NCBI GenBank assembly: GCA_030704615.1
Contig: CM060734.1
Span: forward strand, 38,874,001-38,938,000
Direction of reading: 5' to 3'
Length of the DNA: 64,000 nt
From: Takakia lepidozioides
Lineage: Eukaryota > Plantae > Bryophyta
Shown: in pieces, positions 25,068-35,748 of the stretch
How positions within the stretch are numbered: the first letter of the stretch is position 1
Layout: each line of letters begins with the position of its first letter
The notes under the pieces: model-generated
Told to the model about the DNA's origin: nothing
Databases searched by the model: none
Seen by the model: only the letters and a program-made list of their open reading frames with translations
Program-made: the position numbers and the translations under genes

Positions 25068-25700
25068 CTACAGAATGCTCCTTCTTATCTCTCTGAGTGT
25101 ATCAGACGAATAGTCTGGAGGGGTATATTTTGGGGATCCGGTGATACTATCAGGAGACGGAGGGGAGTATCCTGGAGATCCGGAGATGTCCAGTAGTTCC
25201 AGGACTCCCCCGCTCGTTTCAGTGTCTAGGAAGAAGTTTGGAGGATAATATCCCTCAGATCCTGATGTGGATTCAGGAGATGCTGGATATCCAAAAACGG
25301 TCACTCGTATCGCCGCCAATGTGTCTGGGGAATAGTCTGAAGGGGTGTATGTCGGATAATCTTGGGAGTAGGCAGGAGATCCGTTGATATCATTGTTTAC
25401 ATGAACGCTTTCTCTTATTTCCGCCAGGGTATCCTTACAGATGACTTCAGGTATATTGTTCGGAGATTCGAATGCGTTCCACGGGGATTCTACAGTCACA
25501 TTTTCGTCATTGACAGACACTTTGTTCGGCTCGGTAGACCCCCAACTGGATTTTTCATCTGGTTCCGAAACACCATGTTTTTTATCTGGACGGTCCGCTT
25601 CCATCACGTCTACCGAACACCGTCTCTTGCTCCAATTTAATCTAGTTGTCTTGTACTCATCGTCTGACACCGGTTCCCCACCCTCGTTCCTCTTTTTCAT
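25068..25700 (-). CDS. Hypothetical 210-aa protein with Y-S/T-P heptad-like motifs
   Basis: Uninterrupted ATG-initiated ORF containing GSPAYSQDYPTYTPSDYSPDT, GSPGYSPPSPDS and GSPKYTPPDYSSDT. Confidence 0.5.
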   Translation of the reverse strand: MKKRNEGGEPVSDDEYKTTRLNWSKRRCSVDVMEADRPDKKHGVSEPDEKSSWGSTEPNKVSVNDENVTVESPWNAFESPNNIPEVICKDTLAEIRESVHVNNDINGSPAYSQDYPTYTPSDYSPDTLAAIRVTVFGYPASPESTSGSEGYYPPNFFLDTETSGGVLELLDISGSPGYSPPSPDSITGSPKYTPPDYSSDTLREIRRSIL

Positions 25701-26659
25701 TCTGACATAAAAACTAATCAGAGTGTGTAACTGGCTGACCCAAAGAAATATCGAACTTCCACTAGGTAGTGGAGGTTCCCAATTATCGTATCCCAGTCTC
25801 GTTGGAAAGTATGTGTCACACTTACAATGTTACACATATGATTCCATCACTCGTTCCCACATCGTCTCAAGCTAATTTCAATTTTCCCGTAATTATCCGA
25901 TTTCGTCCTTACTTTAAAAAAATGCCTTTCAGCTTCTGCATACAGAATTCACGCAAACCTCCACTGGGCAGTGGAGGTTCCAGTTTCTAGTTGCTCATGT
26001 GCATGACATGGGTCTATGAATACTCTACTCTGGCCTGCACGAAGCCTACTGTTAGCATATGTCTACTGTAGAATACAAGTAGACTAGGCTATCATGGTTT
26101 TTTAGAATTGCCGAATTCGACATAATTGGATAAGAAATAAAAATTTCCATTCAGAATCGAATTTGAATGGGAAGAAATGCATCAACTAACGCTGGATTTG
26201 GGGATCAAGAAAACGGTTGAGAAATAAACATCCGGACATTTCCGAAACCATTGTCCTCAATAAACCACCACAATGAACAAAACAAGCAATACAGCCAGCA
26301 CGGTAATCTCCCGCCACCCTAAACCATTACCCTAATCGACCAGAACAAGCACACACAAACCCAATTGCACACAAAACCACCACACAAAACCACCCTACAA
26401 ACCATCAGTGAATTGAAAAACAACAGTGAAGCAATGACGCAGGAATGCACTGAAGCACAAAATGGAGCAGGAGTGAAATGAATAGCACTGAAGACAGTGC
26501 AGTGCAGCAGAGAATGAAGCAGGATCCAAACGAATTGAATCTTGAATAGGCCACATGAATCGAGAGCGGGCCAACACAAAACTGAGAACAGGCCAACACA
26601 TGAATTCAGAACAGGCCAACACAAAACATGAAACAGACGACGAAAAGAGGGAGTTTTTA

Positions 26660-28591
26660 ATGTTGTACCTGCTTGTGCCGGCCATTTTGGTGCCCCTGCA
26701 ACCACAGTCCTTCGTTTGATACTCTCTTCCGCACCTCCGCCTTTTCGGAAACTTCAACAGGGACTCTGAGACCTTGGTGTACTGTTCTGAAAGATGGTCT
26801 CATTGGGAAGCAGCAGGTTTGTCGCACATGCTGCATTTTTGGAACCAAGATTCTAGTTTGCCTATTTCCATGGAAGAAGCAGCAGCAGGGTTTTCCCAGA
26901 GAAGAGTGGCTTCTGGTTGGGGCACAATTTTGGAAGACCTCCCCCCCATCTGGACTCAGTTGTTGGCAAATCGACACTTGAGATCTGTTCCTAGATGGCT
27001 GGGATTCTTCCAGGCTTCGGAGAAATTCGCGCTATATGCCACATCCATTGATCCTAACTACATTTTGGGTACAAGATTCAGTGTGGCAAGTGATGGTCTT
27101 CTCCTTAATCCCCAGCCTTTCGAGCTTCATGCCAGGTCGGACTACTATGACATTAGAGTATTCTGCTCAATTTTTGGTAAAGCTGATCCCACCCCCCTGC
27201 TTGAGCTCCATCTTTACAGTGGCTTCTTCGTTTGGTTCCTATCGGCTCCTATTGGTCAATTGCAGTTTGACCCAGGAGAGTGGGATTGGATGAGCAAAAA
27301 CAAGGATCACTTCTTCTCTTACACGGTTAAGATATGATATTCTCTACTGATGCCCAATCAAACCTTTGACAGGAAATGGTCAAACAAATGGGCTCACCTT
27401 GGCGGACAACCGATTCAATGGAAACTGGTATGGGCAGACATATGGAGAAAGCAGAGATCTTCCAAAGTGTCTGCCTTTCTTTGGAAAATCGCCAATCGTA
27501 TAATTCCAGTTGGACACTACATCTCTGACCCTCCTTTGAAATGTGCCACATGCAATAGAAACGCCCCTGAGGATCTGGAACATTGCGTAGTGTCCTGCCC
27601 ATTTGTTGGTTCAGTTTGGGCTCGTGCTATCTCCCTTTATTCTCTTGGGACAGGGATCTCATATACCCCATTTCTGCTCTTATTCTCAATATCAAGGATG
27701 GCAGATCCTTTTGCTCTTGCCCTGTTTGGGTTGCTCTTAGAGGCATCACTCTCTCGCATATCTGAAAAATGATATGCTCTACCTCTTCCAAAACTCAATT
27801 CCCTGTTTGCAGAAACTTTTATTCTTAGTTCACTCAGACATGTTGCTCGCAAGGCATGGGATGTTTTGGTGGTAGCTCTTTCCAGGTGTAATAACAGAAG
27901 GAGAAACTAGCTCGTTGCAGCATTTGACAGCTCGTGGGGGAGGGGAGGGTTCTTCTGCAGACGGATTTCAGAGTGAAGAGTTCAGTGGTTTGAAGACCTC
28001 CCACCCTGCTGGCAACTCCATAGGAGCCAAACAGTCCCCCCTCGAATCTGAAGAAGGAGAATTAAATTGGAGGCACAAAAGAAGTCTTAGAACGGCAAAA
28101 TCTAAGGCGCAGTTATCATTTGAGAATCCCAATATGAAGCGGGGTTCCTCTTGATTACGAGAAGGATTCTAGTTCCCTACCTTCCTTTTTGGAAGATTTG
28201 ATCATTTCTTTGGTCAGTCAGGTTGGGGCCAGGATACCCCTTTCTTGATCTATGCTTCTTGCTCTCCTCCCTGCTGCTAGGGTTATTGGTTACATTTTCT
28301 TTCTTGCCATAGTTGTCTTGCTACAATATGGTGTAGTTAGTTTATGGCTCCAGCTCAGGCCCTGCTGATGGAGTGGAGCTCCCCACAGAAGTTGATGCTT
28401 GGCTCTTCTGCCATGCCTTAGCTTTGTCCACTTTATCTCCCCCCTCTCTTTAGATCTGCAGGCTCAAAGTGCTATCTCAGTCATCAGCCTTATGGCTCTC
28501 TGTAAGGTTATTTTTTCCTTACCTCCTTTTTAATAAATTTACAGGGCTACTATCCCCCTGTTCTAAAAAAAGAATAAAAAATAAAATAAAA
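26660..28591 (+). mobile_element. 5'-truncated L1-type LINE (C-terminal ORF2 with zf-RVT, 3' UTR, A-rich tail)
   Basis: FFSYTVK...WADIWRKQRSSKVSAFLWKIANRIIPVG...CATCNRNAPEDLEHCVVSCPFVGSVW zf-RVT signature. AATAAA at ~28532 and A-rich tail at 28565-28591. The 5' boundary is approximate. Confidence 0.82.
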
Positions 28592-30287
28592 TTCATATTA
28601 TGACAAAATTGTCTGAAAGGTGCCAAATCTGTCAACCTGTCATGTGAAAGTCATTTTTCCAAAGTTGTCTGTCACAGTGAAAGTAAAAAAAAAAAAAATT
28701 AACCTGTCACAAAAAAGGTAGGGCTACCTGTCAAAAAACAACACAGCCTGGGACCCACATGAGAGAAACAGCAGGATCGAGCGAAACTAAAGAAAACAAC
28801 TAACTTACTGAAATCGACTGAAACTCGTCGTTTCTCTAAACAGCAGCACTAATCCCACCCGGCCCATACCCGCATCCATCTTATAAACGCCGATAAGTTA
28901 AGCCGAAATGAAGGCGAAATGCTACAGGAGGCTGGGAAGGAACATAGGGGACGAAAGCACACGTCACTACCTCACACTGAGCTACCCAAAATTGGGCGAG
29001 AGACACAAGCAGCGGGAGAAATCAAAGGGGAGGAAAGGATTTTGGTCTAGAAGTCATTTCTAGCAGCTTATAGGGGAGAGGGCAAAGTTGTGTATAATTG
29101 TGGTAGAAGAGTCAAACGTACCTTTGAGGTATCGAAGAGAGGAAAAGGGAAAAAACATCCATATAGAAAGAGAGCAAGGTAATAATGCCTATTCTTTTGG
29201 ACCTGTCTGATGTAACCCCTCCTGAAGTGGGTTGTGGGGTTCTTACCCACTGGGTGTGAATTCAACTGGATATACCAGAACTGTCTTGCACTGGTAATGA
29301 CAATTCATTAACAGGGATGATGTAATGGTAATATTGGTATTGTACCAGGAAGAAATATGGTCGAGGATGCCCACCCTTGTGACCAGTTTGTTGATTTCTG
29401 CTTTTTTGGATTCCCATAATGTGTTATTTCTGAATAGAGTGGGATCAATTGACTGTGCAGAACATCCATGTGCTAGAGAAGGGGGCGATGTCTCTGGTTG
29501 GACATCTTGGTGCTTTCAAATATGCATGAGTTTGTGAAGAACAGCCGCCTGAAGCAATTTGCTTTAAGGGTAATCTAGTTTCCCTTATGCATACATATGT
29601 AGTGCTTGAGTGCTAGGTTTAGGAGGTTAGATTTGACTTTTGGTGATTTGTTATTGTGATTCAATTCTTTACAGGAGACGCCATGCCACTGGGCTTGCTG
29701 TGGATGTTATAAAAGGCTAGGGGATGTATCTATCCTTTTTGTTGGGTGCAGATCCATCCACTAGATTTCAAGCTCGGGAGCATCAAGGAGCGTCAACAGA
29801 TGGTCGGTTGGAGAATCTGGAAGTAACCAGGGGGGAGTATGTGGCAAGGCCTGGTGGATGGGGATCGTTGGGACATTTCCAGTATGACCCTCCTTTACTA
29901 GGTGCAAGGTGTCTCCTTAGTTATCATTCTTGAGCCACCTGTTGCATATTTGAAGGAAGAGAGTTCTTATATATTGCTGTGACACAGATCGTCTATACGT
30001 TCTGTAACTTTTTGTCAGTGCAATGTGAACACAGCTATTAGAAGTGGTAGTCCATGCCTAAACATATGGTGATGTTATGACAGCTGCTGACCGAGTTGAT
30101 ATATTTGTCTGATTCGGAACACAAGCCTCAAATTCGCAGCTGATACCCATGATATGGAAAGGTTGCCCAACCCAAAAACCTATGTTGCAAGGAGGCTGTC
30201 CTCATGAAGAATCATGTTTTGAAGTATTTTTTGCTACTCCATAAGTTCTGTGGGTCTGATTCTGACAAGAGTTTTCGGTATTGCAGG

Positions 30288-31490
30288 ATGGCAGGTCTGA
30301 ATCAGGCACAACTAGCACCTCCACCAAAAACCCTACTTTCCAAGCAGGACCAAGAAAGGGAGTCAATATCAACTCTTCTGGTACTTGGGATTTGAGGGCA
30401 CTATGTAGGGCAGGTCCACTTCAAAGAGGTGTTGCACATATTGAATCGAGAAGCCGTTTCAGCAAACTCCAATACTTGTGTGTGTCTCTTGCGAGAGTGC
30501 ATAAAATTTATACAAATGCAACAGGAAGGTGTGATATAAGCAAATGATACAGGAAGGGGTATCACTCGACAGGGTCACTTTCATTTGTGTTCTCAATGTG
30601 TGTGCAAGCCTGGCAGCCTTGGAAAAGGGCAAGGAGGTCCATGCTGACATTATCATAGCTGGAATTGCATCACATATCATCCTGGAGACTGCCCTTGTTG
30701 ACATGTATGCAAAATGTGGAAGAGTGAAGGCTACACGTCAAGTATTTGACAATTTGGCTCACCGAAATGTGGTCTCATGGAATGCAATGATCGCAGGATA
30801 TGCTCAGCATGGGTGTGGTATAGAAGCCATGAAATTATTTGAACAAATGCGGCAGGAAGGCTTGAAGCCAAACTGTATCACATTTGTATGCCTTCTCTCT
30901 GCATGTAGTCATGGGGGTCTAGTGGATGAAGGTTGCCACTACTTTAATTCCATGTGTCGAGATCATGACCTCACTCCTGCAGTGGAGCATTTTGGCTGCA
31001 TGGTGGACCTTCTTGGCCGTGCAGGGCGGCTGGATGAGGCAGAGAAGTTTATTAACCAAACGCCAATGGAACCACATGCTGCTGTGTGGGGGCTTGCTTG
31101 GGGCCTGCAGAATTCATGGCAATGTGGAAGTGGCAGAACGTGCAGAAAAATGTCTTGTTGAGTGGGATCCAGAAGAGGCTGCCACTTATGCGCTACTATT
31201 GAAGAATCTATGCTGCAGCTGGCAGGTGAAACGAGGCAGCACAGGTGAGAAAAATAATGGAGGACAGAGGTATCAGAAAGGAGTCAGGCCACAAGTGCAT
31301 TGAGGTGGACAACCAGGTGCATGCATTCAATGTAGAAGATTAAGTGCATCCTCAAATTGATGCAATCTATATTGAGCTACAGAGACTGTCTGGGGAAATG
31401 ATTGAGGCTGGGTACGTACCTGACACAGTTTGTATTGCATAATGTGGAGGAGGAACTCAAAAATTCTTCTCTTGACTTCCACAGTGAGAA
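30288..31490 (+). pseudogene. PLS-class PPR protein with E/E+ and truncated DYW domain, pseudogene
   Basis: ALVDMYAKCG...VSWNAMIAGYAQHG...TFVCLLSACSHGGLVDEG...CMVDLLGRAGRLDEA and LLGACRIHGNVE. Degenerate E+/DYW start (IEVDNQVHAF, HPQ, GYVPDT, HSEK). Several frameshifts and stops, ending just after HSEK. Confidence 0.88.
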
Positions 31491-34400
31491 GCACAACTAA
31501 AATGAGTTGGCCGATTACCATTGCCTGTATGCCTGTAACCCAATGCAAGGCCTGCATCTATTCCTCTAATGACCATCGGTTACAGGCCTGAAGTCTATGC
31601 CTTCCTTTGTAATGATGCTGGTTGTACCTACAATGTGGCTTCCGCTCAGGTTGAATACCTGCAGTTCTGGTCTTCAAATGCTTGTAAACTTGAGAATATC
31701 CAAGTTTTGCAAAGCATAAATTATGGCGTGTATATGTGAAAGGGAATGGTACTTCTCCTCAACTGCTCAAGCATGAACAAGAACAGCTGGTGAGTTTCTG
31801 GCACACACTTGTTGGTACTGCCTCATTTCATACACACAGGGAGCTTACTGTTTCTATATCTGTGGGTTATCACAAAAATTTGATGGCACTTGTGTTGCAG
31901 CAGTGTCCACACTCCATGCCCTGGCATGGTAAAGCTGCAGCATGATCTCATGCTGGTTCTTATGTCAATAGCAGAGGTTACCCCTGGCAGAATTAACCAA
32001 TACATTTATGGGATTGGTCTCACCTTTTCAGTTCTGATCACCAAGGTGCTGCCTGACAACTCTTGCTTGCATCATAGTTGAAGCACTTGTTTCATGGGTT
32101 GTGAATCTGCTTTGATGCCATCAAAACTGTGTAATACCCCTTCACAGGGGAATGTGACTCTGTTAAGTCGGTCATTGTATTTTGAGAACAACGGTCCACA
32201 TTCTTTGCCTCCCCTACCTTTTGCCATATCAGGTTTGTGGTTCAATAATTTCAGTATTTGTTTTTGTTCATCATCCATGGCAGGAGATGCTATTTGCAGC
32301 TTCCAAGGTGAGTGGTTACGGAGGTGGAAGAAGGTCAATATGATGTGAATTTTCCCAAATCATTTTCTTTGGCAGATTAAGAATCTGGCATATTCTTCTC
32401 AAGTTTTCTCAGTGAATGGCCACAGATAATTTGGTAATTAGATGGATGTTGCACTTTCTTCTCGAATTAAACGGCCATACATTGCAGATGAGACTTACAA
32501 AACTGCGTTAAAACTCAAGATGAAGCTGTGAAAGCATGTTTGAACCACTGATGCACCACCGGAGAGGAGAGTCATTAGAGCATGCATACTAAGGTCCAAA
32601 GATTGAGACTGCATAAACCATGCATACCTAGTCTTGTTCGTCTCTTCCCATTTGAGCGGGCTGCCAACAAGGGAAATGGTGAGGTGTGTAACACTTAATT
32701 CACTGTCATGTGTTTGCTTCCATCTTTCAGGGTCCTGAATTACAGATTTCACACATGATGTGACAAGTTTCACAAAAGAGACTTCTGATGGATCAATCTG
32801 TGGAGGTGACTGACCTTGTACTAGTTACTCCTGGCATTTCCCCTTGGAAATAGCCTGGCATTGTCGCATGCTACAGGAGCATGTGCAATTAAATTTGTCC
32901 ATTTGTGTCACAGTCACTTAGCTCCGACATTTTTCAGAGTTTACTACATTAGTTGTTAGGGAAATTCATCTACAACCAAGGGTGCCCTTTCACTGTTCAG
33001 GTCACTTTGCGTTTCAAGTGATTGAGAGGCATTTACAGGTTGATAGTTCAGATTTCAGAGCCATTTTATGCAGTCCTATCAAAACTTTTAGCTTCAGTCT
33101 ACACTGAATCTTTTATACAGTTCGCATATTGCTTCAACTATATGTTTTTGAGCTGAAGTGCATTTGCAGTTAGTTGCAAAATCTGCACACCATTCTCAGG
33201 AGGCTTCTTTGCACACAGACAGATGAATCTAGGCTGCACTTAGGAGACATGCCTTCAAAAGTTATTCAATGCTACCCAAAGTGAAGGACAATATGAGTTG
33301 CAAGTATGTCTGGTGGAGTGTACTATCTAAATTCTTATTTGGTGGCAGAACTTTTGATAACGTCCTTAGTCCTTGGAGGCAGTATGGGTGGGAAGACGAC
33401 CAGAAATAAGTGGGATGCATAAAGGTACAGGGTTGATGCTGCCAAATCTGGCATTGGGAGAGAGACATGTATGGCTATAGACATGTCAAACAAGAAGACA
33501 ATGCTTACCGCTGAAGAATGCTGTGTTGCGGCAGTTCAGCCCCGCCTCAAGTAAGGCTACGTGTCTGGATGGTGCACTCCACAGAACATAGTACCTGTAT
33601 ATGTTCTTCTGCTACAATTTTTCCAGTGGGAAGACGGCCTGCAACTTTCCCAGGAATAGCCTGCGACGTATATCCAGGCTGCACATGGCATGCACAAAGT
33701 TTTAGATGGCATCCCTAAAGACTTTTAGGACAGGATTTCAGAGTGCTACTTTATCTTGGTACATACCTCGTTGAATGAGACTTGCGGGTAAGGATCCAGT
33801 AGAAAGCAAGGAACACGCTTCTGTGGTTTTGGTTGGCGAACTCGAGAGGACAGAATCCTATCTCCCATCTGTAGACAGTTGAACAACCAAACGTAATGAT
33901 TAGAAAATGACTCAACATTCTTGAAAAGTACAACACTACTCCCCTCCCCTCATCGATTAAGCTTCGGGAAGCAAACCCGGCGGGACGACTCAACTGCTCG
34001 CGCAACGAAATCATATCAGGTCACACGTCGCACCGGTAGGAAGAGTGACTAGAAATTCATCGGTGCTTTTAACTATGTGTCTACTAGAGGTAACGTCACA
34101 GAGAATCGAAACCCGGGACACCATACGGCTAATTGATAAACTAGCAAAAGAAAAGAAAGTAGCAGCAGCTTCCTATAATTCTTCCCCTCCCTCTATTAAA
34201 GACGGCCAAATTGTTCACGCAAGTAGAGTGTCTGTACCGATACGTATCCAGCACGAGTCTCCTGTCCAGCATACAAACTCCATAATCTGTCAACCTCATG
34301 AAAGGATTACAGACTACGCAGTAAAGTAGAAGAAGACCTCCGCCTGCAGCAAGACTAGTCACTCCGCCAATTGCCTGGAAGAATCCGTTCCGACAAGAGT

Positions 34401-35708
34401 CTAAAACCTCTACAACACCTCGCCATCACAAATCCTGCACAGAATCTCCAGAGCCGGTAGCATATGCAAAGATGCAGTAGACCCAATCGCCAATAAGTGA
34501 TACCCCGAGCAACTTCCATAATAGCGTTAGCATAAACTAAAACGCCTGCCTCCCCTCTTATATGGCACGAAAGTTTCCTATCTTCAAAACCCAATTGCCG
34601 ACCTCACCTGAGGTGCTATTTTCTGAGAATCAGTCCCATGCCCGTCTCAAAAAACCAAGTCATTCCACTTGAAACCAAAGCAATCTGATGCACTAGCTGA
34701 TTGCGCGATTCTACAAGAGCGCCCTCTCCACCCGTCTACTCCTGCCCCCTGCATAAACAAACAACAAACAAACAAACAAACAAACAAACAGGCTGTACTA
34801 TCGAAATCCGTCCCGTGTGTGTGTGCTCTGCTGCAAGCTGCTCCACCGAGAGCAGGCTCCCGTTGTGAAGCTTCTGCGCACCCAACCCACAGTCAAGCAA
34901 TCTCGGAAGGTAAAACAAAAGAATGCCACGCTACACATGTGGATGATGAGGAGATGAAATTCACCTCGCCAAATTTTCTTCCCGGTTTTGTCTCGCATCA
35001 CAACCTGTTCCGCACATACGCAGTTTGACAAAACAACCACCTTCCTTCCTCTCTCGCTTGTCGCAACTGGTGATGTCATCCCCCTCCTTCTCTTTTCGAG
35101 CGCTAGCGAGGCTTCCTCTAGATTAGCGAGGCTGACGCTCCGTCGTCGATGGGGATCCGTGGATTTGCGAAAAGTCAAGCAAGCCCATTTATGAGTGCGC
35201 GGATTCGGAGGCCGGAAGATCAGTCTACTTTTTAATCTCGCAAACAAAAACACGACAGTCCCGGATCTAACCTGAACACTCTGCGAGCCAGAAACCTCGT
35301 ATGCCAACATTTATCAGCACTTGTCCGGCTCCACTCCCTGTCAGTCCCGATCTACTCGATGAGATCGGGTGCTGTCAGACCGCAGATGTCCCATAATGTC
35401 CCCCCAACGTGTCCGCATCACTGCATCCCCCCCCACTTATTACTTCTACCCCACCCCCACGCAACCCTAATAACCCTCCCAACGTCTCTCCGCGCCACCT
35501 GCCGCAACCCCACTAGTAAGTTCTCAGAAGCGTACACGTGTGCCAGTGACCATTGATGCACCACCAGTTTTACTGCGAGGGGCCTATCGGCAGGCAGCGG
35601 GTGTGGCGTGGGTTAAAGCTGCCCTGGCCTACTCGGCATCAAAATAGACCTGCGCAGTTGATAAGATGGAATTTCAAACACTTTAACAATAAATTAGGGA
35701 TAGGAAGG

Positions 35709-35748
35709 GCTTCAGAATGCTTCAGAATGCTTCAGAATGCTTCAGAAT
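35709..35748. repeat. Tandem (GCTTCAGAAT)x4
   Basis: Four exact 10-bp copies. Confidence 0.95.

Larger units (their letters stand above)
4199..25979. repeat. Dispersed 24-bp palindrome AACCTCCACT-N4-AGTGGAGGTT, 8 copies
   Basis: Copies at 4199-4222, 5350-5373, 6418-6441, 20853-20876, 23704-23727, 24831-24854, 25754-25777 and 25956-25979. Four have perfect arms and the rest have 1-2 mismatches. Confidence 0.92.
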
